NCBI GenBank assembly: GCA_012514745.1 | Contig: JAAYZR010000030.1 | Coordinates: 5,946-69,945 of the forward strand | Reading direction: 5' to 3' | DNA: 64,000 nt | From: Candidatus Undivivens industriae | GTDB lineage: Bacteria > Omnitrophota > Gorgyraeia > Gygaellales > Profunditerraquicolaceae | Part shown: positions 48,419 through 58,804 of the stretch, in pieces | Layout of the letters: each line of letters opens with the position of its first letter | Position numbering within the stretch: position 1 is the first letter of the stretch | Program-made: the position numbers and the translations under genes | Notes under the pieces: model-generated | Told to the model about the DNA's origin: nothing | The model's input: only the letters and a program-made list of their open reading frames with translations | Databases searched by the model: none

Positions 48419-49395
48419 ATCTTCATCGCCCTCCTGGTTTCTTCGAGCGTGGCCGCGGCGACTGCCGAGGCCTTGGCGGCGCCTTCCTTGAGCACGTCTT
48501 CTATGTACCCGGATCTATTCAACAGTTCCGTCCTTTTCTCCCTCAGAGGGGAGAGTATCACGCCGAGTTTCGCGGCGAGCATCTTTTTGCATTCCGTGCA
48601 CCCTATGGATGCATTCCGGCAGGAGTCCGCGGTCTCCAGCGCCTTCTCGGGCCAGAAGACCGAGTAATAGGAAAAGACGCTGCACACTTCCGGGTGGCCT
48701 TTATCCGATCTGCGCACGCGCGCCGGATCGGTAACCATTGAAGAGACTTTGGCGGAAACGGCAGCGTCGTCGTCGGAAAGATAAACGGCGTTGCCGTAAC
48801 TCTTGCTCATCTTCCTGCCGTCCAGGCCGGGCAGGCGCGGGCTGTCGGTCAGAAGCGCGCCGGGCTCGGGGAATACCGCGCAACCGTAAAGGCTGTTGAA
48901 CCTGCGGGCGATCTCCCTGGTAAGCTCCAGATGAGGAAGCTGGTCCTCTCCGACCGGCACTTTGTCCGCCTTGTAGAGAAGTATGTCGGCGGCCTGCAGA
49001 ACGGGATAACCGAGAAAACCGTAAGTGTTGAGGTCGCGGGTGTTCACTTCCCGCAGCTGCTCTTTGTAAGTGGGACACCGCTCAAGCCAGCCGAGGGGAA
49101 CTAAACAGGAAAGGATCATGTTCAGGTCGAGGTGTTGTCCGACCCTGGATTGTATGAAGACACTGCTTTTGGAAGGATCGATGCCCGCGCTAAGCCAGTC
49201 TGCGACGTTATCGATTATGTTCCCCGGCATGAGCGACGGGTCTTCATATTCACCCATCAGGGCGTGCCAGTCGGCTGCCATAAAGAAACATCTGTATTCT
49301 TCCTGGAGCTTAACCCAGTTGGCGAGCGCGCCGACAAGATGCCCCAGGTGGAGTTTTCCGGTAGGACGTATGCCGCTCAATATAGTCTGCTTCAT
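48415..49395 (-). CDS. trpS: Tryptophan--tRNA ligase
   Basis: SGIRPTGKLHLGH, YPVLQAADIL, VPVGEDQ and KMSKS. Confidence 0.97.
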   Translation of the reverse strand: MKQTILSGIRPTGKLHLGHLVGALANWVKLQEEYRCFFMAADWHALMGEYEDPSLMPGNIIDNVADWLSAGIDPSKSSVFIQSRVGQHLDLNMILSCLVPLGWLERCPTYKEQLREVNTRDLNTYGFLGYPVLQAADILLYKADKVPVGEDQLPHLELTREIARRFNSLYGCAVFPEPGALLTDSPRLPGLDGRKMSKSYGNAVYLSDDDAAVSAKVSSMVTDPARVRRSDKGHPEVCSVFSYYSVFWPEKALETADSCRNASIGCTECKKMLAAKLGVILSPLREKRTELLNRSGYIEDVLKEGAAKASAVAAATLEETRRAMKI

Positions 49396-49423
49396 AGAAC
49401 AGGTGCCGCCTTTTAAAGAAGCG

Positions 49424-51610
49424 CTAAAGTTTTCTGGCGATCCTTTCGATGTCGTACGTCTCGATGACGTCGCCCTCCTGGAAAGCGTCGAAACCGGCCA
49501 GTGAGATACCGCATTCGAATCCTTCGTTAACTTCCTTAACGTCGTCCTTGAAACGCTTCACCGAAGAGATCTTCCCTTCGTAAACCTGTTCTCCGTTGCG
49601 CAAGAGAGAAGCCGCGGCGTTCCTCTGTATGCGCCCCTTGACCACCATGCAGCCGGCGATCGTCCCTCCCCTGGAAAGCCGGAATACCTTACGCACATCC
49701 ACCCTGCCCTGGAATATTTTCTTCAGTTTCGGTTCCAGCATCCCCTCCAGAGCGGCTTTTATCTCGTTGCCGAGCTCGTAAATTATGTTGTATATCCTTA
49801 TGTCCACGCCTTCCCTGGCGGCCATATCCTTGGCCATATCGTCCGCGGAAACATTGAACCCCATAACCAGGGCGTCGGAGGCCGCCGCCAGCACCACATC
49901 GGAGGAATTTATGTTGCCCACACCGGCGTGCATTATCTCCATCTTGATCTCATCCACCGCCGTCTTTACTATGATGTCCTTGATCGCTTCCAGCGAACCC
50001 TGGGTGTCGCCTTTGATGATCAACTTGAGCTCTTTGACGATGCCTTCTTTTATCTTGGCGTGCAGGTCCTCCAGACTGATACGTTTGGGCGCCTTGACCT
50101 GGCGCAGGCGTTCCTCCTCCTGCCTCTTCAAAGCGATATTCCTGGCGGCCTTTTCGTCCGGCACAACGAAAAACTGTTCGCCGGCCTGCGGCACACCGGA
50201 CAACCCGAGTATCTCCACCGGGAACGAAGGAGGCGCCGACTGGACGTTGCGGCCGTGGTCGTCGAACATCGCCTTCACCTTACCGTATTGCTTACCGATG
50301 ATGATGGTATCGTTGGCGTTCAGGGTCCCTTCCCGGACCAGCAGGGTGCAGACTGTTCCGCGGTGCCTGCTGAGCTCCGCTTCCAACACTATGCCTTTCG
50401 CAGGCTTGCCGGGATTGGCTTTCAATTCGAGCATCTGCGCTTCCAGAAGTATCATCTCCAGCAGATCATCTATGCCCTGACCGGTCTTCGCGGAAACCGG
50501 AACGGTAATGGTCTTGCCTCCCCAGTCCTCCGGGGACAGGTTCATATCGGCCAATTGTTTCTTTACTCTGTCCAGGTTGGCCTGGGCCTTGTCCACCTTG
50601 TTCAGGGCCGCGATAATGGAGACCCCGGCCGCGCGGCTATGGTCTATCGCCTCCACGGTCTGCGGCATAACCCCGTCGTCGGCGGCGACGACAAGCACCA
50701 CTATGTCGGTAACGCCGGCCCCGCGGGCGCGCATCGCGGTGAATGCCTCATGACCTGGAGTATCTATGAAAGTTATCTCGCCGTTATTCAGTACCACGCG
50801 GTAGGCGCTCATATGCTGGGTAATGCCTCCATGCTCCGAATCCGCCACCTTCGTCTTCCTGATGGCGTCCAGCAGCGACGTTTTACCGTGGTCGACGTGC
50901 CCCATAAACGTAACTATAGGAGCGCGCGGCTTCAACAGTTCTTTTCTGTCCGGCGCGCTGTGCATGCCCAGAGCGGTTTCCTCCACGCCCGGGGCCGGAA
51001 CGAACTTGAATCTGTATTTCGCGCAGAGCCGGCAAACCGTCGGTTCATCGAGCAACTGATTTATGGTCGCCATGATCCTCATATCCATAAGGCTTTTAAG
51101 AAGGACGGAAGGTTTTTCCTGCATCTTCACCGCCAGATCCTTCACGGCGATAGGTATCTCCAGGAACAGTTCTCTTTCTTGCGATTCTTCCTGAACCTGC
51201 GTAACGGATTCCGGTGCGGGAGCCGGGATCTTCTTCTCTTCAGCCGGCGCGACCGGCTTGACCGGCACCTGGTCTTTGACCGCCGGCTGCCGGGCCTGCG
51301 CCGTCACCGCAGCAATTTTATGCTCCGGGACAGCCTTTGTTGCCTGCGGTTTGTTTTCTCCGGACTTTGCCGGCGCGGCGGGAGCGACAGCAGGTAAAGC
51401 GGCCGCGGGAGCGGTCTTCTTACGCGCAGCGGTGACCCGCTTGCGCGCCGGTTTAACGGCGGCCTGCGGCGCTTCTTTTTTCTTTATGCTGCGTTTCGCG
51501 GGCTTGGCTGCGGGCGTCTTTACGGCGGCCTTCTTGGGAACGGCGGCGCTTTTCTTCAAATCCCTGGGCTCTTCCTTTTTCTCTTTTTTCGTATCTTTCT
51601 TTTTGGTCAT
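49424..51610 (-). CDS. infB: Translation initiation factor IF-2
   Basis: [27 protein letters not shown] and KRFKDDV; K/A/P-rich N-terminal extension. Confidence 0.98.
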   Translation of the reverse strand: MTKKKDTKKEKKEEPRDLKKSAAVPKKAAVKTPAAKPAKRSIKKKEAPQAAVKPARKRVTAARKKTAPAAALPAVAPAAPAKSGENKPQATKAVPEHKIAAVTAQARQPAVKDQVPVKPVAPAEEKKIPAPAPESVTQVQEESQERELFLEIPIAVKDLAVKMQEKPSVLLKSLMDMRIMATINQLLDEPTVCRLCAKYRFKFVPAPGVEETALGMHSAPDRKELLKPRAPIVTFMGHVDHGKTSLLDAIRKTKVADSEHGGITQHMSAYRVVLNNGEITFIDTPGHEAFTAMRARGAGVTDIVVLVVAADDGVMPQTVEAIDHSRAAGVSIIAALNKVDKAQANLDRVKKQLADMNLSPEDWGGKTITVPVSAKTGQGIDDLLEMILLEAQMLELKANPGKPAKGIVLEAELSRHRGTVCTLLVREGTLNANDTIIIGKQYGKVKAMFDDHGRNVQSAPPSFPVEILGLSGVPQAGEQFFVVPDEKAARNIALKRQEEERLRQVKAPKRISLEDLHAKIKEGIVKELKLIIKGDTQGSLEAIKDIIVKTAVDEIKMEIMHAGVGNINSSDVVLAAASDALVMGFNVSADDMAKDMAAREGVDIRIYNIIYELGNEIKAALEGMLEPKLKKIFQGRVDVRKVFRLSRGGTIAGCMVVKGRIQRNAAASLLRNGEQVYEGKISSVKRFKDDVKEVNEGFECGISLAGFDAFQEGDVIETYDIERIARKL

Positions 51611-51644
51611 ATCGGTAAAATCTCTCGGTTCAACACGCTGAACT

Positions 51645-52877
51645 CTATTTATTTAAAAGACCTTTCGCTTCGGTTATGAGTTTCTCCGCTTTCTTCTCTC
51701 CTATTCCCTTGACTTTAACCAGATCCTCGATCGCAGCCCCGGCTATGTCGCTCAGAGAATTGAATCCGGCCTCTTTCAGGACCGCGACGGTCTTTTCTCC
51801 GGCTCCCGGCAGGGACTTCAGTCCCGCCCCTTCTTCCTCCTCGGGCGCTCCATCTCCGGCCTGGACCTGAGAGAAAACGGTCTCGGCGGCCTCCGGGGCG
51901 CTCGTCTCTCCCGCCGCTTTGTTCTCACCCTCCAAAAGGCTGCTCTTGGTGCGGATATCAAGCTCCCAGCCGATCAGCTTGGAGGCCAGACGCACATTCT
52001 GGCCGTGCTTGCCTATGGCCAGGGACAACTGATCGTCGTCAACTATGACCTGCGCTTTCAGATTCTCCTTATCGAGTTTGATCTCGCTGATCTTTGCCGG
52101 CGAAAGCGCGGCTTTTATGTATTCGCGGATGTCTTCGTTATACCTGACTATGTCTATCTTTTCCCCGCCGAGTTCGTTTACGATGTTGCGCACGCGGTTG
52201 CCGCGCATGCCCACGCAGGCGCCCACGGAATCGACCTTATCGTTCTTGGACCAGACGGCAATCTTGGTGCGCTCCCCGGCCTGTCTGGCTATGGACTTCA
52301 TCTCCACTATGCCGTCGAAGATCTCCGGGACCTCCAGTTCGAAGAACTTCTTCACCATATTGGGATGGGCCCTGGAAAGTATGATCTGCGGCCCTTTGGT
52401 CTCTTTCCTGACTTCCACCACATAGGCCCTGATGCGCTGCCCCTGCTTGAACTCCTCCCGGCTGGACTGTTCCCTTTTGGGGAGTATCCCTTCCGCTTTG
52501 CCCAGCAGATCTACAATGATGTTGCCTTTCTCGAACCTGTAAACGGTGCCGGAAACGATCTCTCCCACCCTGCCGTTGAACTCGCTGAAAATTACCTCCT
52601 TTTCAGCCTCCCGGATCTTCTGTATGATCACCTGCCTGGCGGTGGATGCCGCGATGCGGCCGAAATCTATAGAGTCTATCTCCTTACCGTCCCTGAAAGC
52701 CTTTATCCTGCCGTTCTTGGGATCTATCTCAACGGTGATATTGTCTTCCTGCTCGGCGTCCAGCACTTTGCGCGCCGCGCTGACGAGAGCGCTCTGCACG
52801 GCTTCCAGCAGGACTTCCTTCTTTATCCCTTTTTCTCTTTCAATCTGTTCTATTATAGCAACCAATTCCTGACTCAT
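51645..52877 (-). CDS. nusA: Transcription termination/antitermination factor NusA
   Basis: FGRIAA, ELEVPEI, VGACVGMRG, LAIGKHGQNVRLA and a C-terminal HhH pair. Confidence 0.97.
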   Translation of the reverse strand: MSQELVAIIEQIEREKGIKKEVLLEAVQSALVSAARKVLDAEQEDNITVEIDPKNGRIKAFRDGKEIDSIDFGRIAASTARQVIIQKIREAEKEVIFSEFNGRVGEIVSGTVYRFEKGNIIVDLLGKAEGILPKREQSSREEFKQGQRIRAYVVEVRKETKGPQIILSRAHPNMVKKFFELEVPEIFDGIVEMKSIARQAGERTKIAVWSKNDKVDSVGACVGMRGNRVRNIVNELGGEKIDIVRYNEDIREYIKAALSPAKISEIKLDKENLKAQVIVDDDQLSLAIGKHGQNVRLASKLIGWELDIRTKSSLLEGENKAAGETSAPEAAETVFSQVQAGDGAPEEEEGAGLKSLPGAGEKTVAVLKEAGFNSLSDIAGAAIEDLVKVKGIGEKKAEKLITEAKGLLNK

Positions 52878-52883
52878 ACCAAA

Positions 52884-53363
52884 TCACTCCCTATTGCTGT
52901 TCAACACCTGTTTTGCCATATTTATGATCCCGAAAGGCACATTTACCGCTTTGCCGTTGATCTCAGTTTCAACGTGTTCCTCACAAACCTGTTTCAAGGT
53001 GCCTTCCGGCTCCACTTTACCGCAAACAGGCTCTTTGAGAAAGAAATGCACAAGCGCTCCCCTGCATCTGGAAAAGTCGCTGCGGGTCCGCAGGGGCCTG
53101 TCCGCTCCCGGAGAAGAAACCTCCAGGGAATAATCCAGGCCGCCCGCCTCCTCGAATGCCGCGTCGATGGCGAGCGCCAGTTCCCGGTTGGCGCCGGCGC
53201 ACTCGTACATGCTTATGCCGCCCTCGCGCCTATCCGCGAGTATACGCAAAGCAAAATTCCGCCCTTCAACACGACAGGAATATTCCACTATCTCCAGGCC
53301 GCGTCCGCCGAAATATTCCTCAACCAGAGTTTTTAAACGCGTTTCTATGCCCCATTCTCCCAT
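52884..53363 (-). CDS. rimP: Ribosome maturation factor RimP
   Basis: YSLEVSSPGADRPL; directly upstream of nusA. Confidence 0.93.
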   Translation of the reverse strand: MGEWGIETRLKTLVEEYFGGRGLEIVEYSCRVEGRNFALRILADRREGGISMYECAGANRELALAIDAAFEEAGGLDYSLEVSSPGADRPLRTRSDFSRCRGALVHFFLKEPVCGKVEPEGTLKQVCEEHVETEINGKAVNVPFGIINMAKQVLNSNRE

Positions 53364-53379
53364 TTTAACAGAAACCCTC

Positions 53380-54618
53380 TTAAGAATCCAGCACCCTTTT
53401 ATAAATTTCCTCTTTGCCGGCCAGAATTTTCTCGCTGCTTCCGCGCGCCTTCAGCTCCAGCCTGCCGCTGCCTGCCGCCTCTTTACCGACAATTATCTGC
53501 AGCGGGAAACCCAGGAGCTCGGCGTCCTTGAATTTAACGCCGGCGCGCTCTTGACGGTCGTCCAGAATGACCTCCACGCCGCGCGAGGAAAGATCGTTGT
53601 AAACCTCGCAGGCCTTGGCGGCAATAACAGGATTGGTCATATCCAGCGCGGAGATCACCACCTTGTAAGGGCTGATCTGCCCGGGCCAGACGATCCCGGC
53701 CTGATCGTGGTTCTGTTCTATCACGGCGGCCATCAGACGGGACACGCCGATCCCGTAACATCCCATTATTATCGGATGCTGTTTACCGTCCTCATCCGTG
53801 AAATTGGCCCCCAGCGCCGCGCTGTATTTGGTCCCGAGCTTGAAGATGTGCCCGATCTCCAGCGTGCCGTGTTTCTGCATCTCCGCTCCGCATGACGGAC
53901 ATTTTCGCTCTTCGCCGGAAGCCGGGTATGTTTTCTCGCAGCAAGAACAACAGAATACGCTGTCCTCTCCGCTGGCCGCCGGCACCATGAATTCATGCGA
54001 CACCTTGCCTCCCATGACCCCGGAATCCGCCTCCACCGCCATTACCTTCAGACCGCAGGAAGCGAATATGCGCAAATAGGCTTCATACATATTACGGTAA
54101 TTCTTCTCCAGGCCCTCCTCGTCGCGGTCGAAACTGTAGGCGTCTTTCATTATGAACTCGCAGGACCGGACCACCCCGAAACGCGGACGGATCTCGTCGC
54201 GGTATTTGGTCTGTATCTGGTAAAGCACCACCGGAAGCTGACGGTAGGAATTCACGGTAGAACGCACCAAGTCGGTAATCACCTCTTCATGCGTCGGACC
54301 GAGGCATATATTACGGCCTCTCCTGTCTACGAACCTGATCATAATATCGGCAATATCTTTCTCACGGCCGGACCTCGTCCAGAGGTCTATAGGCTGCAGG
54401 GCCGGTAAAAGCAGTTCCGCCGCCCCGGCGAGATCCATCTCGCGCCGCACCAGGCGGCAGATATTGTTCAGCACGCGCAGGCCCAGCGGTAAATATGAAT
54501 AGACCCCGGAAACGAGCATGCGTATCAATCCCGCTCTCAGCATCAACTGGTGGCTGACCGACTCCGCTTCCTGCGGGGTCTCTTTAAGAGTGGGGATGAA
54601 TGACTTCGTCCATAACAT
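53380..54618 (-). CDS. proS: Proline--tRNA ligase (short form, no INS editing domain)
   Basis: SHQLMLRAG, GPTHEE, RDEIRPRFG, EIGHIFKLGTKYS, MGCYGIG and an anticodon-binding domain. Confidence 0.96.
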   Translation of the reverse strand: MLWTKSFIPTLKETPQEAESVSHQLMLRAGLIRMLVSGVYSYLPLGLRVLNNICRLVRREMDLAGAAELLLPALQPIDLWTRSGREKDIADIMIRFVDRRGRNICLGPTHEEVITDLVRSTVNSYRQLPVVLYQIQTKYRDEIRPRFGVVRSCEFIMKDAYSFDRDEEGLEKNYRNMYEAYLRIFASCGLKVMAVEADSGVMGGKVSHEFMVPAASGEDSVFCCSCCEKTYPASGEERKCPSCGAEMQKHGTLEIGHIFKLGTKYSAALGANFTDEDGKQHPIIMGCYGIGVSRLMAAVIEQNHDQAGIVWPGQISPYKVVISALDMTNPVIAAKACEVYNDLSSRGVEVILDDRQERAGVKFKDAELLGFPLQIIVGKEAAGSGRLELKARGSSEKILAGKEEIYKRVLDS

Positions 54619-54646
54619 AACCGGATCCTTTTATTCTATGCGCCGA

Positions 54647-55699
54647 CTATCCGCTCATCTTTCTTATCTCAGACAAAAGCGCCGGCAGGCAATTTTCGTA
54701 TTTGACTTTTCCGCAGGGCTTACCGGATTTGAAAAGCAGTCCCTCGTTTTTGCCGAAAGCGATGCCTATATCGGCAGCGGAAGCCTCTCCTGGGCCGTTT
54801 ACCACGCAACCCATCACGGCGATCTTGAGGTGCCTGCCTCTGTGCACAGGCATGCCGGAGATCGCCCGCCCAAGCTCCCTGACCGTCCCGGCGAGATCCA
54901 CTTCGCACCTGCCGCATGTCGGACAGCTTATTACCTCATGGCCGAAGGTGCGCGCTCCCGCGGCCTCCAGGATAAGCTTGGCCGCCCTGACTTCCTGCTG
55001 AGGGGTATCTGTAAGCGATACTCTCATTGTATCACCGATCCCGTTCAATAGCAATGCCCCTATGGCGACTGAAGACTTGACAAGGCCATGCTCCGGCAGG
55101 CCGGTGGCGGTGACCCCCAGATGCAGGGGATAATCGCATAAAGAGGACATCCGGGTGTAAGCATCGACGGTCTCCCCCGCCGAAGAGGCCTTGAGCGAAA
55201 CCACCATCCGCGACAACCCTTCATCCTCAAGGATACGCAGGTAATACAAAGCCCCTCTTACCATACGGGAGACCGTATCCCCTTTCCCGGCCGGTAGAGA
55301 CCCTGAATTTATACCCAGGCGCACGGCGACGCCGGCTGAGAGAGCGGCCGCGGCGACCTGCGCCAGATTCTTCCTGTCGCTGATATTGCCGGGATTTATC
55401 CTGATCTTGTCCACGCCGCTGCGTATCGCCTCCAGCGCCAGGCGCCAGTCGAAATGTATGTCGGCCACCACCGGCATTTTCGTCAGGCGTTTTATCCTGC
55501 GCAGCGCCAGCGCGTCCTCTGCGTCCTTGACGGAAAGACGGATTATCTCGCAGCCTTCCTTTTCCAACAGGCGCAGTTGAGCGGCGACCTTGCCGACGCA
55601 AGAGGTCCTGACTTTGGTCATGGATTGTATCGCCACCGGGTTGTTGCCGCCGATCCGCACCCCGCCGATCCGTACCGTCCTGGTCTTGCGTCTTTTCAT
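54647..55699 (-). CDS. ispG: 4-hydroxy-3-methylbut-2-en-1-yl diphosphate synthase
   Basis: IQSMT, VADIHF, RINPGN, PLHLGVT, SCPTCGR and MGCVVNGPGE. Start placed at ATG 55699. Confidence 0.96.
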   Translation of the reverse strand: MKRRKTRTVRIGGVRIGGNNPVAIQSMTKVRTSCVGKVAAQLRLLEKEGCEIIRLSVKDAEDALALRRIKRLTKMPVVADIHFDWRLALEAIRSGVDKIRINPGNISDRKNLAQVAAAALSAGVAVRLGINSGSLPAGKGDTVSRMVRGALYYLRILEDEGLSRMVVSLKASSAGETVDAYTRMSSLCDYPLHLGVTATGLPEHGLVKSSVAIGALLLNGIGDTMRVSLTDTPQQEVRAAKLILEAAGARTFGHEVISCPTCGRCEVDLAGTVRELGRAISGMPVHRGRHLKIAVMGCVVNGPGEASAADIGIAFGKNEGLLFKSGKPCGKVKYENCLPALLSEIRKMSG

Positions 55700-55725
55700 C
55701 TTATCCCTCTTTTCGCAACCGCCGT

Positions 55726-56793
55726 TCATCGGAAAAAGTGTTTGATCCTGTCGCCGAAGAATCTCAATACGTCGTTGTACGTCACGAACACCGCCATCAG
55801 TATAAGGGCATACATACCCGCATTGCCGACAATGTTCTCCGCCCTTGCCGAAAGCGGCCGGCCGCGCAGTTTTTCCAGCAGAAGGAACGCCAGATGCCCT
55901 CCGTCGAGCACCGGGAACGGAAGAAGGTTGAATATGGCCAGGCTGAGGCTCAGCACCGCGGCCAGACTCAACACCGCGCTTATCCCGACGCTGACCGCCT
56001 TGGAGGTTATCACGAATATGCCGACAGGCCCGGTCACTGAATCCCGCAGCGACAACCTGCCGGTTATCATCCACCAGAACGCTTTATACGTCAATACCGT
56101 CAACTCTCCCGAACGCAGGACGCCCTGGCGCACGGATTCGAGGAAACCGCGTTTTATCACCACCGTTTCTTCCGCAGGAGAAACCCCAAGGAAGGCCCCG
56201 GGCTTTATCCCTGCTTCGGGGCCGGCCTTAAGCCGGACATCCAGTTCAAGACTCTTCCCGTCCCTGTCAACAACCACCAGCGCGTTAGCGGAAGACTGTT
56301 TGAGCCGCACCAACCGCTGAATATCCTCCCAGTAAAGGGTCTTGCTCCCGTCTATGGAAATTATCCTGTCCCCTTTCAGCATGCCGGCCGCCTGCGCCCC
56401 GTAACCGTCCAAGACCAGGCCGACCTTCGTGCCGAGAGACGGATAACCGATCCAGAAAACCAGGATGAAACAGATTATCCCGGTGAGATAATTCATAAAG
56501 GGTCCGCAGGCTACTATCAAGGCGCGTTTGAACACCGGCTGGGAACAATATTCGTCCCTGCCGCCTTTCGCCTCCCCGGCCGCGTCGCCGGCCATCTTAA
56601 CGAACCCGCCGAGCGGCACGGCACAAAGCGAATATAAGGTGCCGTTAACCGTCCTGCTGAACAGAACCGGGCCGAACCCCAGCGAAAATCTTTCCACCCT
56701 CACCCCGGCGCGCTTCGCCATCAGAAAATGCCCCGATTCATGCACGAAGATGAGCACGCCGAGAAGTATAACGAAAGTCAGCAGGGAAAACAT
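55726..56793 (-). CDS. rseP: RIP metalloprotease RseP
   Basis: HESGH (HExxH), PLGGFVKM, a PDZ domain and NLLPFPVLDGG. Confidence 0.95.
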   Translation of the reverse strand: MFSLLTFVILLGVLIFVHESGHFLMAKRAGVRVERFSLGFGPVLFSRTVNGTLYSLCAVPLGGFVKMAGDAAGEAKGGRDEYCSQPVFKRALIVACGPFMNYLTGIICFILVFWIGYPSLGTKVGLVLDGYGAQAAGMLKGDRIISIDGSKTLYWEDIQRLVRLKQSSANALVVVDRDGKSLELDVRLKAGPEAGIKPGAFLGVSPAEETVVIKRGFLESVRQGVLRSGELTVLTYKAFWWMITGRLSLRDSVTGPVGIFVITSKAVSVGISAVLSLAAVLSLSLAIFNLLPFPVLDGGHLAFLLLEKLRGRPLSARAENIVGNAGMYALILMAVFVTYNDVLRFFGDRIKHFFR

Positions 56794-56796
56794 ATT

Positions 56797-57957
56797 TTAT
56801 TTACGCCTCCTGCGGAGGAAATACTCCGCCTTCTGTCTGGCCCAGGCGTCGGCCTCCAAGACCGCTTCCAGGGAACCGTCTCCCCGGTCTTTGTGCGCCT
56901 CCATTACCAAAGAAACCACGGCCGGGATGTCCATAAAACCTATTCCGCCGGAGATGAAAGCCGCCACGCAGGATTCATTCGCGGCGTTCATTACAGCCGG
57001 CAGTGTGCCTCCCCGGCGCGCGGCCGCGTAGGCCAGCCCCAGGCAAGGAAACCGCCTGAAATCCGGCTTCTCGAAATTAAGCCTGCCGAGCCTGGGAAAA
57101 TCGAGCCTGCCCGCTATATTATCCGACCTCTCCGGATAGGAAAAAGCGTACTGTATCGGTATGCGCATATCCGGGACAGAAAGCTGGGCGATGACACTGC
57201 CGTCCCTGAACTCAACCATGGAATGCACCACCGCTTCGGGGTGCACCACGACGCGGATGTCGTCGCAGGAGGCGCCGAACAGATGCATCGCTTCTATTAC
57301 CTCCAGCCCTTTGTTCATCAGCGTGGCGGAGTCCACGGTGATCTTCCTGCCCATCTTCCAGCGCGGGTGGCGCAGGACCTCTTTAAGCCCGGCGCGGCGC
57401 AAATCCGATACGCTCATGCCGCGTAAAGGGCCGCCGGACGCCGTCAGGTATATTCTCTCGAAACCGCGGGAGGGATTACAGGAGAGGCACTGCCATATCG
57501 CGGATTGTTCGCTGTCAACCGGCAGGATACGAGCCTTATTCTTCGCGCCGAGCTTCATTACGCGCCGGCCGGCCATCACCAGGGCCTCTTTATTTGCCAG
57601 CGCGACGTCTATACCGCGCTTCAGGATTTCCATTAAAGGCATTAAGGCCGCGGCCCCGCCGACGGCGACCAGCACAATATCCGCCCTGCTCTTCTCGAGC
57701 GCCGCGGGGAAACTCTCGGGCCCCGCGAAAACGCTTTTCCCGCCCGCGGCGTTCCCGCAGACAAAACGCCCGGCCGCCGCCTTGTCTCCTATCCAGACCG
57801 CAGGCGGTCTGAAGACTCCGGACTGGCGCGCCAGAAGGCCCACGCTCGAATTAGCCCCAAGACCAACGAGACGGAACTCATCGGGACGGCTCCCGATTAC
57901 ATCGAGAGCCGCCGTTCCGATGGAACCGGTAGACCCCAGGACGAAAATCCTTTTCAT
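56797..57957 (-). CDS. dxr: 1-deoxy-D-xylulose-5-phosphate reductoisomerase
   Basis: LGSTGSIG, ALANKE, PVDSE, LTASGGP, HPRWKMG and NKGLE. Confidence 0.97.
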   Translation of the reverse strand: MKRIFVLGSTGSIGTAALDVIGSRPDEFRLVGLGANSSVGLLARQSGVFRPPAVWIGDKAAAGRFVCGNAAGGKSVFAGPESFPAALEKSRADIVLVAVGGAAALMPLMEILKRGIDVALANKEALVMAGRRVMKLGAKNKARILPVDSEQSAIWQCLSCNPSRGFERIYLTASGGPLRGMSVSDLRRAGLKEVLRHPRWKMGRKITVDSATLMNKGLEVIEAMHLFGASCDDIRVVVHPEAVVHSMVEFRDGSVIAQLSVPDMRIPIQYAFSYPERSDNIAGRLDFPRLGRLNFEKPDFRRFPCLGLAYAAARRGGTLPAVMNAANESCVAAFISGGIGFMDIPAVVSLVMEAHKDRGDGSLEAVLEADAWARQKAEYFLRRRRK

Positions 57958-57961
57958 AAAA

Positions 57962-58762
57962 TCAGCGGTATGTGTTGAACGTCAGATAAAAATAGAAAAC
58001 CGGAGCGGTAAAGATCAAACTGTCAACGACATCCAGTATGCCTCCCATGCCCGGGAAGAAATTTCCGGAGTCCTTGACCTGGCAGTCGCGTTTTACGAGG
58101 GATTCGGAAAGGTCGCCCAACTGAGCCAGTATCCCCAGGCTGGTGCCGATGAACAAAAGTTGCGGAAGCGTCATGGGAAGCTTCAACAGCATGCCGCCGA
58201 CCGTCCCGGCGGCGGCGCTGAAGAGCAGGCCGCCCACCGCCCCTTCCACCGACTTGCGCGGGCTGATGCGGGGAAGAAGCGGGGTCCTGCCGAAACGCCT
58301 CCCGATCAGGTACGCACCGATGTCCCCTCCTTTGGCGATCAACAGAAGCACGACGATAAGCCCCAGGCCTCCCTCCATATACCGTATTTTTATCAGAAAA
58401 CTCAAGAACCAGGCGATGTATATTATACCGAAAATGGTCACGGAGATATCAACAATCGCCCCCGAATTGTCCCTGCGGCTGAACTGCAGGATTATCAGAG
58501 TCAGCAGCCCGGCAGCCAGGAAGAACAGCTCCCACCCCCGCGTCAGCTCGAAACGCAGCATTATCGAAAACGGTATCACCGCCCCCACCAGTATGCCGAA
58601 ACGCTTGTATATCTTCAATCCCTTCTTTTCCAGCATACCGAAGAACTCCCGGAGGGCGGCGGCAACGATAAAAGTTACTGCGAGTCCGCAGACCCAGTCC
58701 ACCGCCGCGGCCGCGGCGGTACCGGCAATCAGCACTAAAGAACTGAATATCCTTTTTTTCAA
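57962..58762 (-). CDS. cdsA: Phosphatidate cytidylyltransferase
   Basis: SPRKSVEG and GDLSESLVKRDCQVKDSG..PGMGGILD. Start uncertain (TTG 58762 or ATG 58789). Confidence 0.95.
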   Translation of the reverse strand: MKKRIFSSLVLIAGTAAAAAVDWVCGLAVTFIVAAALREFFGMLEKKGLKIYKRFGILVGAVIPFSIMLRFELTRGWELFFLAAGLLTLIILQFSRRDNSGAIVDISVTIFGIIYIAWFLSFLIKIRYMEGGLGLIVVLLLIAKGGDIGAYLIGRRFGRTPLLPRISPRKSVEGAVGGLLFSAAAGTVGGMLLKLPMTLPQLLFIGTSLGILAQLGDLSESLVKRDCQVKDSGNFFPGMGGILDVVDSLIFTAPVFYFYLTFNTYR

Positions 58763-58804
58763 TGTATTATCCTTGTGTAATGCAGGCATTATCTCCCCGC
58801 CTTC

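Noticed and set aside
57161-58738. 525-aa plus-strand ORF, and other long plus-strand ORFs (e.g. 11483-12778, 28536-29831, 47270-48667, 49928-51397, 52005-53336)
   Set aside because: They are antisense shadows of well-conserved minus-strand genes, expected from GC-rich codon usage. They show no recognisable motifs.
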